Source: Cenarchaeum sp. (GTDB taxonomy: Archaea; Thermoproteota; Nitrososphaeria; Nitrososphaerales; Nitrosopumilaceae). From it: DNA of 64,000 nucleotides. The notes under the pieces were generated by a model. It worked only from the letters and a program-made list of their open reading frames with translations, had not been told where the DNA came from and ran no database searches. The position numbers were made by a program, and so were the translations under genes. The stretch covers positions 1,760,001-1,824,000 of the forward strand of contig OY843768.1 in NCBI GenBank assembly GCA_963693095.2. The letters run 5' to 3'. Positions 1-9,663 of the stretch are shown in pieces. Positions within the stretch are counted from its first letter, which is position 1, and each line of letters begins with the position of its first letter.

Positions 1-3
1 GCA

Positions 4-918
4 ATGATCGCCGCAATAGAGCGCAACCTTGACGAGTCTGAGCTCCTAGTCGGGGGAACCGGCACGCTCGCGCCGGCGATCGCGCTAATGGCCTCCTTTG
101 CGATAATATTCCGCGAGGGCCTCGAGTCGGTCCTCATACTCGGCGCGATACTCGCGTACCTCGAGGCCACGCGCAACACGCGCTTCAAGCCGCACCTCAT
201 GTATGGCGTTGTCGCCGGAATTGGGGCAACGGGCGTGACGTGGGTCATTGCGCAGTATGTCATCGAGATATCCGGCGCGAGCCGCGAGCTCATCGAGGCA
301 GTCGCCGCACTCTCGGCGACGGCCGTGCTCTTTTATGTCAGCTTTTGGGTTCTCAACAAGATAGAGCACAAAAAATGGATGGAGTTTGTAAAGGCAAAAG
401 TCTGGCAGGCGACCACAACTGGCAGCGCGACAGTCTTTGTCATGCTGTCGTTCTTTACCGTGTACCGCGAGGGCTTTGAGACGGTTCTCTTTTACCAGGC
501 AATGATTAGCTTTGCGCGCTATTCAGAGATATACGTCATCCTTGGCCTCATCCTCGGCCTCGTCGCGCTCCTCGCCGTCTATTACGGCATGCGCCGACTC
601 GGCAAGCGCCTGCCGCTGCGCGCGCTCTTTGGCCTGACTATGGGCGTTGGCGCATACCTCTCGATAGCGTTCCTCGGCAACGCCGTGCGCGAGCTCCAGG
701 TTCTCGACATCGTCCCATACACGTCGATGCTCGGGACGATACCGCGCCTTGACATCAACCTCGCAACGATGACGGGAATATACCCGACACTAGAGACGAC
801 AGTCGCGCAGATTGTCCTCTTTGGCGTGTATGTCGTGGCGTCCTCGTACGTCCTGATCATGCGCCCGCGCCGCGCCGCGCGCCTCGAGGCCATGCGCAAG
901 TCAAGGAGGGACGCATAG
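4..918 (+). CDS. FTR1-family iron permease, C-terminal part (probably truncated by the window edge)
   Basis: Two RExxE motifs (FREGLE, YREGFE) and multiple TM helices. Confidence 0.9.
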   Translation: MIAAIERNLDESELLVGGTGTLAPAIALMASFAIIFREGLESVLILGAILAYLEATRNTRFKPHLMYGVVAGIGATGVTWVIAQYVIEISGASRELIEAVAALSATAVLFYVSFWVLNKIEHKKWMEFVKAKVWQATTTGSATVFVMLSFFTVYREGFETVLFYQAMISFARYSEIYVILGLILGLVALLAVYYGMRRLGKRLPLRALFGLTMGVGAYLSIAFLGNAVRELQVLDIVPYTSMLGTIPRLDINLATMTGIYPTLETTVAQIVLFGVYVVASSYVLIMRPRRAARLEAMRKSRRDA

Positions 919-3014
919 TGAGGCGCGTGCGAATCGGCATCGACGTCGGCGGGACATTCACAAAGGCCGTCGCCGTCGAGACGCGAACCGGCGCAATAGT
1001 CAGGCGCTCAGTCGTGCCCACGACGCACGCTGCGCCAACGGGCGTCGCCGAGGGCATACTCGAGTCGCTCTCTGACATCCTCTCTAGTGGCGAGATCGAC
1101 CCCTCAGAGGTCGAGCTCATATCGCACAGCACGACGCAGGCGATCAACGCGCTCCTCGAGTCAGACACGGCTAGGGTCGGCATGGTCGCCATGGGAGTCG
1201 GGCCGGAACGTCGTGACGTGATGAAGCGCACCGCACTCAAGGACGGCGACGGCTCTGTGAGCGCAGAGCGCGAGTTTCTCGACACGTCACACGTGCTGAC
1301 TGCCGGCGAGGTCGACGGCGCGATATCCGCGCTGCGCTCAAGGGGCGCTGAGGTCATACTCGCAGCCGAGGCCTTTGGCGTCGATGACCCGTCTAATGAG
1401 ATCTTTGTAATGGAGGGCGCCGCGCGCGCCGGACTTCCGGCGACGGCCTCGCATGAGGTCTCTGGCGCATACGGCCTCGAGATCCGCTCAACGACGGCGG
1501 CGATGAACGCTAGCGTCCTGCCCACTGCGGCGCGCGTCGCCGGCCACGTCGAGCGTGCAGTCAAGGGCCTTGGCGTGAACGCGCCGCTCATGATCATGCG
1601 CGGGGATGGCGGCGTGACGAGCATGGAGACGTTTCGCACGAGGCCCATACTCACGGTCCTCTCCGGACCGGCCGCTAGCGTCGCCGGCGCGCTACTCCAC
1701 CTTCGCATCGCCGATGGCATATTCATCGAGGTCGGCGGGACGAGCACGAACATCTGCGTCATCAGGGGAGGCAAGCCCGAGGTTCGCTATGTCACAATAC
1801 AGGGCAAGCCCACATGCGTGAGATCCCTTGATGTCAGGGTCATCGGGTCTGCCGGAGGGAGCATGGTCCGGCACCACTCGCGCGGCGTCTGGACGGCCGG
1901 ATCGCGAAGCGCGCACATTGCGGGCCTGCGCTATGCGTGCTATGCGGATGCTGCCGAGCTGCGCTCAGGCACGCTAGTCACGATCAGGCCCACGCCCAAT
2001 GATGAGGAGGAGTATGTCGCCATACGCTGCGAGTCAGCAACATATGCGGTCACAAACACGTGCGCGGCCAACGCGCTGGGACTGGTTCCCGAGGGGGACT
2101 ATTCGCGCTCTAGTCCGGACTCGGCGCGCGCGGCAATGGAGATGCTAGGTGCGCAGACTGACACGCCATACTCGGAGGTCGCGCGGTCCATCATACAGAC
2201 ATCGTCCTTTGGAATAACAAAGGAGGTCAGCCGCATAATGAAGGAGTACTCTATGGACACGTCAACGACGCGCGTCATTGGGGCGGGTGGGGGCGCATCA
2301 GTCCTAGCGCCCTTTGTCGCAAAGCAGCTTGGCCTCGAGTACCAAAAGGCCGACAACGCCGAGGTCATATCGTCGATAGGCGCGGCCTCCTCGATGCTCC
2401 AAGAGTCCTCTGAGGTGTCAATGGCAAACCCCACGCCCGAGGCGATACACGCAGCATGCAGGGACGTGCACGCAGCGCTTGTCGCACGCGGCGCGGTCCC
2501 AGAGTCGATCATAGTCGACTCCAAGCACGATTCTGATCGTGCGACCCTGCGCGTCAGCGCAGTCGGCAACGTGGAGCTCGACTCGGCCGGCGCGCCGCAC
2601 TCGGCCTTTACGCTCGATGAGGCGCGCGCACGCGCCGCCGAGGTCATGCGCTTGCCTGCCGGCCTCGTGGATCTCAGCTTTGAGTCGGACAGCTATCTCG
2701 TCTTTACGGGCAGGGCCCGCAAGAGGCGCGTCCTTGGCACAAAGGTCCAGCGCCGCGTTCTCGTCCTCGACCGCTATGGGCGCGCAAAGCTCTCCCTAGA
2801 TGACGCGCTAGTCGTGCAGGGCGGCCGCAACTCGATCATCGAGGAGCTCGGCGAGATCTCCTCAAAGCGCTCCTCTGTCGTCGCTGCGCGCACGTACCTC
2901 ATCGATGACATGAGGCTAGTCGACTATTCGGCACTGACTGACAGCACACGCGTCATCGAGGCAGCACGCGCAGAGCTTGGCGACTCGCGCGCCGCCGTGA
3001 TAGTCGAGGCCTAG
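918..3014 (+). CDS. Hydantoinase/oxoprolinase family protein
   Basis: GIDVGGTFTK, HSTT, SGPAAS, EVGGTSTN and AGGS motifs. Confidence 0.88.
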   Translation: MRRVRIGIDVGGTFTKAVAVETRTGAIVRRSVVPTTHAAPTGVAEGILESLSDILSSGEIDPSEVELISHSTTQAINALLESDTARVGMVAMGVGPERRDVMKRTALKDGDGSVSAEREFLDTSHVLTAGEVDGAISALRSRGAEVILAAEAFGVDDPSNEIFVMEGAARAGLPATASHEVSGAYGLEIRSTTAAMNASVLPTAARVAGHVERAVKGLGVNAPLMIMRGDGGVTSMETFRTRPILTVLSGPAASVAGALLHLRIADGIFIEVGGTSTNICVIRGGKPEVRYVTIQGKPTCVRSLDVRVIGSAGGSMVRHHSRGVWTAGSRSAHIAGLRYACYADAAELRSGTLVTIRPTPNDEEEYVAIRCESATYAVTNTCAANALGLVPEGDYSRSSPDSARAAMEMLGAQTDTPYSEVARSIIQTSSFGITKEVSRIMKEYSMDTSTTRVIGAGGGASVLAPFVAKQLGLEYQKADNAEVISSIGAASSMLQESSEVSMANPTPEAIHAACRDVHAALVARGAVPESIIVDSKHDSDRATLRVSAVGNVELDSAGAPHSAFTLDEARARAAEVMRLPAGLVDLSFESDSYLVFTGRARKRRVLGTKVQRRVLVLDRYGRAKLSLDDALVVQGGRNSIIEELGEISSKRSSVVAARTYLIDDMRLVDYSALTDSTRVIEAARAELGDSRAAVIVEA

Positions 3015-3063
3015 GGGCACGAGCGCCGCACTGCGGGACACACGCCCCGCGAGATCATTATAG

Positions 3064-3137
3064 TGGGCCGAGAGAGATTCGAACTCACGACCTCTGCCGT
3101 GTCGAGGCAGCATCCTAACCAACTAGACCACCGGCCC
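3064..3137 (-). tRNA. tRNA-Val(GAC)
   Basis: Minus strand GGGCCGG..TAGTTGGTTA..CTGCC-TC-GAC-AC-GGCAG..GTTCGAATC..TCGGCCC-A folds as a cloverleaf. Confidence 0.95.
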
Positions 3138-3263
3138 GCTATGCGAGCGCCCCCCGGCACCGACGCTATTAACGTTTAGCGCGACAGTCGCCCATGGCGC
3201 CCACATCGCCGCCGCGTCCGGGCGTCGCATGAGTTAAAGGCAGGCGCACGGTGCGCCGCTGCC

Positions 3264-3974
3264 GTGGGCACGGACTTTAGCGAGGCTGACAGGCGCGGAC
3301 TCTATCGCGCCATACACACGAGGCGCGACGTTCGGTCGCACTTTTCACAGCGCCCCATAGATGATGCGGCACTGGTGCGCATTCTCGATGCGGCGCACCA
3401 TGCGCCCTCTGTTGGATTTTCACAGCCGTGGGACTTTGTCCTCGTGCGTGACGAGGGCACGCGCCGCCAGATTCGGCAGTCCTTTGAGGGGGCACGCGCC
3501 GCGGCGGCCTCTGAGCTAAAGGGTGAGCGCCGCACCGCATACGAGTCGCTAAAGCTCGAAGGGATCATGGAGTCGGCGCTAAACGTGTGCGTGACGTATG
3601 ACCACGCGCGCTTTGGCCCGTTCGTCATCGGGCGTTCGAGCATGCCCGAGGCCGGCGTCTATAGCGTCTGCTGCGCGATCCAGAACCTCTGGCTTGCTGC
3701 GCGCGCCGAGGGCATCGGCGTCGGCTGGGTGAGCATACTCTCGACGAGTGACCTGCGCGACGCCCTCGCGCTGCCCGAGTCGATCACGCCAATCGCGTAT
3801 CTCTGCGTCGGCCACGTCGAGGAGTTTGCCGCCAAGCCGGATCTCGAGGAGGCCGGATGGCTCGGGCGCATGGCCCTGAGCGACGTCATCCACTATGAGC
3901 GCTGGGGCTCCCGAACAGACCCGTCGTGGGAGAGCATCGGCGGCCTCATCGCGCAAAATCTGGACTACGCTTAA
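3264..3974 (+). CDS. bluB: 5,6-dimethylbenzimidazole synthase (nitroreductase fold)
   Basis: RRDVR, APSVGFSQPW, LKLEGI, CAIQNLWLAARAEGIGVGWVS. Confidence 0.92.
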   Translation: MGTDFSEADRRGLYRAIHTRRDVRSHFSQRPIDDAALVRILDAAHHAPSVGFSQPWDFVLVRDEGTRRQIRQSFEGARAAAASELKGERRTAYESLKLEGIMESALNVCVTYDHARFGPFVIGRSSMPEAGVYSVCCAIQNLWLAARAEGIGVGWVSILSTSDLRDALALPESITPIAYLCVGHVEEFAAKPDLEEAGWLGRMALSDVIHYERWGSRTDPSWESIGGLIAQNLDYA

Positions 3975-3999
3975 ATAATTACGCCCGCTCGCGCGCTGC

Positions 4000-4094
4000 G
4001 GGTTCGTGGCGCAGAGCCGCAAGTCGGCGCGTAGCATGGATAGCGCGGTAGCCTCCTAAGTTACAGGTCGAGGGATCGAAGCCCTCCGAACCCG
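4000..4094 (+). tRNA. tRNA-Arg(CCT) with ~20-nt intron in the D-arm
   Basis: Acceptor GGGTTCG/CGAACCC, anticodon arm GTAGC-CT-CCT-AA-GTTAC, T-arm GAGGG-ATCGAAG-CCCTC; removing ~4012-4031 leaves a 75-nt cloverleaf. Confidence 0.85.
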
Positions 4095-4102
4095 CTATAC
4101 AG

Positions 4103-4606
4103 CTAGACGCCGGCGAGTTCCAGCTCAAAGTCGCGCTCTATTATGCTCCACGCCGACTCGACAGTCACGGTTCCAGACACGGCATACGTGCTGACCGCGC
4201 CGGCGATGACGGCGTCATAGAGCGTCGCGTTCTCTGCGTCTCGAACCATGTACGCGATCGACTTTAGCGGTATGGTCTTGTCTGTCGTAAAGACCACGCG
4301 GCCCGGCATCGCGACGTCTGCGGTGGAATACTCGCCGCTGGCGATCTTTTCGCCGCCTGCCGAGATGGCATAGCTGATGCTCGGTATCGTGAAGGTCTTC
4401 TCTGACGGGTTTCTGACATCAAAGGTCACCGAGAGGCGCGCGCGGCCCGCAATCGAGTCGACCTGGGTGACCTCGACGGTTCCTGAGACCATCTCGACGC
4501 TTTCAAGTGACTCATTGTCAAGGCTCGCATAGTAGACAAATCCGGCCATCATGGCCAATAGGCCGCCTATGGCGGCAAACACGGTCATCCTGCTCTGGAG
4601 CTTCAT
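4103..4606 (-). CDS. Membrane-anchored LEA_2/WHy-like protein
   Basis: N-terminal TM helix then V-x-NP beta-rich domain; start placed at ATG 4606. Confidence 0.6.
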   Translation of the reverse strand: MKLQSRMTVFAAIGGLLAMMAGFVYYASLDNESLESVEMVSGTVEVTQVDSIAGRARLSVTFDVRNPSEKTFTIPSISYAISAGGEKIASGEYSTADVAMPGRVVFTTDKTIPLKSIAYMVRDAENATLYDAVIAGAVSTYAVSGTVTVESAWSIIERDFELELAGV

Positions 4607-4786
4607 ACGCGCACGCGCGCCGTTGGCAGGTAAAAAAGGCTTGGTCATGGCGACAGTAGGGGTGCGTGTCCGGAGGGGTGCGCGATGACTGGTGCGCCAC
4701 GGGACGAGCTCCATGGCTGACTCGAGACGGCCTGCACGCGACTGCCACCAATGGCTAATATTGCCACCGCCGGCCCATGCGCGCAC

Positions 4787-5281
4787 ATGGCAATAGAGCA
4801 GGCTCTCCTGACGTGGGCGCACCTGACTGCGGCATCGGTCTGGGTGGGGGGAAGCCTCTTTCTTGGAATTGTGCTAGCGCCGATCCTAAAGCGCACGGGA
4901 ATGAGTGCGGCCGAGCGCATCGCGTTCATGGTCCTCGTCGGCAGGCGCTTTAACTGGGTGGCAGTTCCCGCACTCGCACTGCTCGTCGGAACCGGCGTGC
5001 ACATGTCCGGCGCGCTCCTTGGCCGGCCCGACCTTCTCCTTGCGTCCGGCTACGGGGTGTGGCTTGCGATAAAGGTGGCACTCGTCGTCGCGCTAATCGT
5101 CACGTTTGCGGTTCACGTCTGGATTGTGCGCGGGAGCGTCGAGGCACAGATCAGGAATGGCCTCCTTGACGGCGCCGCACTCGCCTCACTGCGCAAAAAG
5201 ATCATCGTGCTCGGCGAGGCGATGGTCGTGATGTCAGTCGTCATACTGTTTCTTGCCGCCCTCCTCGACGCAGGCGCGTGA
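4787..5281 (+). CDS. CopD/DUF4149-like membrane protein
   Basis: HLTAASVWVGG motif, four TM helices, YG-x-W-L-x-IK. Confidence 0.75.
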   Translation: MAIEQALLTWAHLTAASVWVGGSLFLGIVLAPILKRTGMSAAERIAFMVLVGRRFNWVAVPALALLVGTGVHMSGALLGRPDLLLASGYGVWLAIKVALVVALIVTFAVHVWIVRGSVEAQIRNGLLDGAALASLRKKIIVLGEAMVVMSVVILFLAALLDAGA

Positions 5282-5315
5282 TGCTTTAAACGTGGGCTGT
5301 CGTGCCACGCCTCGC

Positions 5316-5819
5316 ATGAACGGGCTTCTCGTCGGGCGGTTCCAGCCGTTTCACCTGGGTCACATCGAGGCGATCCGCTTTGCGCTGGTTCGCTCCGAGT
5401 CGCTCTGGCTCTGCATTGGGAGCTCCAATGCGACACAGGACGCGAAAAACCCGTTCAGCCTTGCTGAGCGCCAGGAGATGATAGACTCGTCACTTGATGA
5501 TGACACGGCGCGGCGTGTGAGGGTCTATGCGATTCCCGACTATGACGACCACGCGAGGTGGATAGCGGAGATCAACGCGACGGTGCCCGAGTACGACGTC
5601 GTCTATACCAACGACGAGACGAGCGCGGCGATGTTCAGGAGGCGCGGCAGGGAGACCGTCGAGATAGCCCTCGACTCGCGCGAGACGCTTGAGGGCTCGC
5701 GGATTCGCGCCGGGATCGCCGCCGGCAGGGACGTCTCGGACCTCGTTCCGGCCGGAACCGCGCGCGTCCTGGCCGGGATAGGCGCGCCTGCGCGCCTTGC
5801 GGCCTTTAACTATAAATGA
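5316..5819 (+). CDS. nadM: Nicotinamide-nucleotide adenylyltransferase
   Basis: GRFQPFHLGH, IGSS, NPFS; TTTAAA box ~25 nt upstream of ATG 5316. Confidence 0.9.
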   Translation: MNGLLVGRFQPFHLGHIEAIRFALVRSESLWLCIGSSNATQDAKNPFSLAERQEMIDSSLDDDTARRVRVYAIPDYDDHARWIAEINATVPEYDVVYTNDETSAAMFRRRGRETVEIALDSRETLEGSRIRAGIAAGRDVSDLVPAGTARVLAGIGAPARLAAFNYK

Positions 5820-5852
5820 CGAGGGCGCGGTGGGGTCGGCGGCAAGATCGCC

Positions 5853-7001
5853 TTGGAGTACCTAGTTATGCTGCCCGGCCCGACGAACGTTCCTGAGCGT
5901 GTCATGCGCGCAATGTACGTGCCCATGATAAACCACAGGAGCGACGACTTTGTGGGTCTCTACGAGCGCTGCGTCGAGAGCACAAAGAGCGTCTTTCGCA
6001 CATCTGGTGATGCCGTCTGCCTCTCGGCGTCAGGAACCGGCGCAGTCGAGGCCAGCGTCGTCAATGTCGTCCAAAAGGGCGACAAGGTCATCATTCCGGT
6101 TAACGGCGAGTTTAGCGGGAGGCTAGCGCAGATGATAGAGTGGGCCGGCGGCAATGTCGTAAAGGTAGAGACTCCTCCGGGCAAGAGCGCGACGCTCGAT
6201 CAGGTTCGCGAGGCCTTTGACAACAATCCGGACGTAAAGGCGTTCTATTGCGTGTGGAACGAGACGTCGACGGGGACGATGATAAAGTACCTTGACCGCA
6301 TAAAGGACCTCACGGCACGAAACGACGCAATGTATGTTGTTGACGGCGTCTCGATCGTCGGCGGCGAGGAGCTCGAGATGGACAAGTGGGGAGTCGATGT
6401 CGCAATGACAGGCGCACAAAAGGCCTTTGCGGCCCCGCCGGGAATATCGCCTATATGCGTAAACGCGCGCGCAAAAAAGCACATGATCGCACACCCTCCA
6501 CGGTCAATGTACTTTAACCTCGCGCGATACTTCAAGTACTATGAGGAGGCAAAGCACACGCCGTTCACGCCGGCACTCCCGCTCCTCTACGCGTACAGGG
6601 AGGCACTTGACATCATACTCGAGGAGGGGCTTGACGCGAGGATTGCGCGGCACAGGACGTGCTCATCGGCACTCTATGCCGGCCTCGGCGCGATCGGCCT
6701 GACGCCGTTTGCCGATGAGGACTCGCGCTCAACGGTAGTCATCGCGCTAAACTACCTCGAGGGCCTCAAGGACTCTGAATTCCGCGGCACGCTCGCATCA
6801 AAGTTCCGCGTCCTCGTTGCCGGCGGATTTGGCGACCTAAAGGGCAGCGTCTTTCGCGTTGGGTGCATGGGCGAGGTCGGCCCGTACCACGTCATGCGCA
6901 CAATCTCGTCGATATCCTCGACGCTTGCGATGATGGGCCACAAGACTGACACACAGGCCGGACTAGAGGCCGCAGGCAACAAGCTGCGCGAACTCGCCTG
7001 A
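5853..7001 (+). CDS. Class V PLP aminotransferase (serine-pyruvate/alanine-glyoxylate family)
   Basis: MLPGPT, NETSTG, VVDGVS, QKAF..PPG. Confidence 0.92.
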   Translation: MEYLVMLPGPTNVPERVMRAMYVPMINHRSDDFVGLYERCVESTKSVFRTSGDAVCLSASGTGAVEASVVNVVQKGDKVIIPVNGEFSGRLAQMIEWAGGNVVKVETPPGKSATLDQVREAFDNNPDVKAFYCVWNETSTGTMIKYLDRIKDLTARNDAMYVVDGVSIVGGEELEMDKWGVDVAMTGAQKAFAAPPGISPICVNARAKKHMIAHPPRSMYFNLARYFKYYEEAKHTPFTPALPLLYAYREALDIILEEGLDARIARHRTCSSALYAGLGAIGLTPFADEDSRSTVVIALNYLEGLKDSEFRGTLASKFRVLVAGGFGDLKGSVFRVGCMGEVGPYHVMRTISSISSTLAMMGHKTDTQAGLEAAGNKLRELA

Positions 7002-7121
7002 GCGCCAGATGCAAAGCCCTGCCCACACGAGCCTCACCTGATGACGCCCCTGCCATCTCTGTGAGCTCGCCTGCGCATTCCACGGCACCGCCATCAGTCT
7101 CCGGCGGGGCAGGGATGGCGC
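7002..7121 (-). ncRNA. Candidate structured intergenic RNA with possible K-turn
   Basis: Nested stems CCCTGCCC/GGGCAGGG, CTGATGGCG/CGTCATCAG, TGCCGT/ATGGCA; G-U pairs favour the minus strand; TTTAAAT at ~7137-7143. Confidence 0.4.
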
Positions 7122-7167
7122 AGATTTCGGATCTGATTTAAATAAGGAAGTTTGAGCAGCACGCCTG

Positions 7168-7899
7168 TTGGCATTTGCCAAAGGCTCCCTGGTCCTAGTT
7201 GACTATGACGGCAAGGCAAAGGGAACAGAGGATGTCGTGGAGACCACGCGCAAGGCGCGCGTAGGCTTCGAGCCCGCACCACGCCTCATCGCAGTCGGCG
7301 AGGGCTGGGTTCTCAAGGGACTCGATGAGGAGCTCGCAAAGATGTCAGTCGACGAAAAGCGCTCAATAGAGATACCGCCGGACAGGGCATACGGCGTGCG
7401 CGATCCCAAGAAGGTCCGGATGATCCCGCTGCGCAAGCTCGGCGAGGACGCCGAAAAGGTCACAGTCGGCGACTCGATCAACCTTGATGGCCGTGATGGA
7501 ATCATACGCTATATCGGCTCGGGCAGGGTCCAGGTTGACTATAACCACAAGCATGCCGGCAAGACGATCGTCTACGAGATGCACGTCGTGCGTGCCCTAG
7601 AGGCCGACTCTGAAAAGGCCACTGCGATTATAGACAGGGGCATGGAGGGCATCGGCAAGGGGACGACGTCGACGCTCTCGGGGCAGACCCTTGAGGTCAT
7701 GGTTCCCAGGGCACTGTTCCGCGCCGAGGGCCTGCAGGCAGCAAAGCACATGATCCAGCACGACATGTTCAGGTTTGTGCCCGCCGTGCAGACGCTGCGC
7801 TTTGTCGAGGAGCACCGCGCCTCGCCCCCAAAGGAGACGGTCACAAGGGGCGAGTTCCTCAAAGAGACTGCGCCTGATGCGATCAAGCCACGCGCGTGA
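7168..7899 (+). CDS. Long-type archaeal FKBP peptidyl-prolyl isomerase (SlyD-like)
   Basis: VDY, GL(D)EEL, PPDRAYG, VDYNH..AGK. Confidence 0.9.
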   Translation: MAFAKGSLVLVDYDGKAKGTEDVVETTRKARVGFEPAPRLIAVGEGWVLKGLDEELAKMSVDEKRSIEIPPDRAYGVRDPKKVRMIPLRKLGEDAEKVTVGDSINLDGRDGIIRYIGSGRVQVDYNHKHAGKTIVYEMHVVRALEADSEKATAIIDRGMEGIGKGTTSTLSGQTLEVMVPRALFRAEGLQAAKHMIQHDMFRFVPAVQTLRFVEEHRASPPKETVTRGEFLKETAPDAIKPRA

Positions 7900-8917
7900 G
7901 GCGCGCAAGCGAGCGGGCTCTGCGCTCGGTGAGCCGGGCTCTTGCAAGTATCGTTCGGCGTCCTGGCCGCAGTGACTGCGCCATGAGGAGGGCCCGCACG
8001 ACATCATCCTCGCCTATTCCAATGTCTGCGGCGCGCACGGGCGCACCGACTGCGACGAGCGCGCGGCGTATGGCCTTCCAGTCCTGGCCCTGGAGGCTTG
8101 CGGTCATTATGGATCCAATGCCACACTTTTCGCCGTGGAGCCCCATGCCGGGGGCAATCCTGTCAAGTGCGTGCGAAAAGAGGTGCTCGGCGCCCGAGCA
8201 CGGCCTGCTGCTTCCGGCAATGCCGGCGGCCACGCCGGCGCTGATTAGGGCCTCGACGACAACGCGGACATTGGCACCGTCGCGCGCAAAGGCGCGCGCG
8301 TTGCCTATTACGGTCTGCGCTCCCATCCTGGCCAGGTTTGCCGCATACTCGCCGTAATACTCGCCCGTGTCATCACGCCCTATCTCCCAGTCGCGCACGG
8401 CAACAATGTTTGCGATGAGGTCGCCGCACCCGCTGGCAAGGAGCCTCGCCGGTGCCCTCTTGATGACTGCGATATCGACAAAGACGCCGAGGGGCGCGCC
8501 GGCCACCAGCGAGTGGGGCCTCGATGTTCCCCGGACCGAGACGAACGGGCTTGCAATCCCGTCATGCGAGGCCGCAGTGGGGACGCTGATAAACGGGACA
8601 CGCATCGTGTGGGCCGCCATCTTTGCCGCATCGACTGCGCGACCCCCCCCAAGGCCGGCGACGAGGCGGGGCCTTTTGCGGCCCATCTCAGAGGCCAGGC
8701 CCTTCAGGGATCGAGCGTCATTCTCCGGTGCGGCATGCCAGGAGACGGCCAGGCCTGCCCTGGCCATCGACGAGCCCACGGTTCGCCCTACGGCCCGCCG
8801 GACGTCCGGTCCGGCCACTATGGCCACCCTGCCGGCCCCCGTGAGCGAGGCGACAAAGGCCCCCAGGCGGCCCATCGTCCCCTCGCCTATGGCTATCCGC
8901 CGTGGAAGCTCCATCAT
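7883..8917 (-). CDS. egsA: sn-glycerol-1-phosphate dehydrogenase
   Basis: GGGRAVD, PTAASHDGIAS, SSRPCSGAEHLFSHALD, LHGEKCG; start approximate. Confidence 0.93.
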   Translation of the reverse strand: MMELPRRIAIGEGTMGRLGAFVASLTGAGRVAIVAGPDVRRAVGRTVGSSMARAGLAVSWHAAPENDARSLKGLASEMGRKRPRLVAGLGGGRAVDAAKMAAHTMRVPFISVPTAASHDGIASPFVSVRGTSRPHSLVAGAPLGVFVDIAVIKRAPARLLASGCGDLIANIVAVRDWEIGRDDTGEYYGEYAANLARMGAQTVIGNARAFARDGANVRVVVEALISAGVAAGIAGSSRPCSGAEHLFSHALDRIAPGMGLHGEKCGIGSIMTASLQGQDWKAIRRALVAVGAPVRAADIGIGEDDVVRALLMAQSLRPGRRTILARARLTERRARSLARLTRVA

Positions 8918-9024
8918 GTGGGGCCGCGCGCGTGCGCGCGAGGTCCTGCCCCCGCTCATGCCCACGCATGGCCAAAAAGTTATTTAAAAGGGTGTCCGGC
9001 GCGTGTGGCCATCAGGGAGCATTT

Positions 9025-9654
9025 TTGTCAAGCGTAGAGAATCTCATACTTCACGGGACGACGACAGTCGGCATCAAGGCCGCCGACGGCATCGTCCTCT
9101 GCGCTGACATGAGGGCCAGCGCGGGCTACTTTATCGCCAACAACAACACGATGAAGATACAGCGGATCGACGGGCACGCGGGCATGACGATGGCCGGAGG
9201 CGTCGCTGACGCCCAGAACATCACTGACGCGCTGCGCTACCACGCCAGGCTTCATCGCGTCAGAAAGCAGCGCCCGATGCCGATACGCTCGATAACGCGC
9301 CTCGCCTCGCTCATATTCCACCAGAACCGCGGATACCCCTTTATCGCCGACATACTCGTCGGGGGCCATGACGAGGACGGGCCGGCCCTCTTTAACATCG
9401 ACATGTTCGGCTCCGTTGAGCCAAAGACATACGTCACGACGGGCAGCGGCTCGCCAGTCGCATACGGCCTCCTTGAGGAGGAGTATGCCGACGGAATATC
9501 GATTGATGACGCAAAGCGCGTCGCATTTCGCGCCGTGAGCGCAGCGATTGCGCGCAACATCGGAACCGGCGACGGGATAAACGTCGCAACAGTCGACAAG
9601 AACGGCTTCCGACTCCTCACCGTCGAGGAAAAGTCGGCACTGGGGAAGTCCTAA
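9025..9654 (+). CDS. psmB: Proteasome subunit beta
   Basis: Propeptide then HG|TTTVG, GSGS, TGDGI; probable TTG start at 9025. Confidence 0.93.
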   Translation: MSSVENLILHGTTTVGIKAADGIVLCADMRASAGYFIANNNTMKIQRIDGHAGMTMAGGVADAQNITDALRYHARLHRVRKQRPMPIRSITRLASLIFHQNRGYPFIADILVGGHDEDGPALFNIDMFGSVEPKTYVTTGSGSPVAYGLLEEEYADGISIDDAKRVAFRAVSAAIARNIGTGDGINVATVDKNGFRLLTVEEKSALGKS

Positions 9655-9663
9655 AGATCACAC

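Noticed and set aside
3064-4094. tRNAs as integration sites for the islets
   Set aside because: No integrase and no duplicated tRNA 3' end seen; islets are far from the tRNAs.
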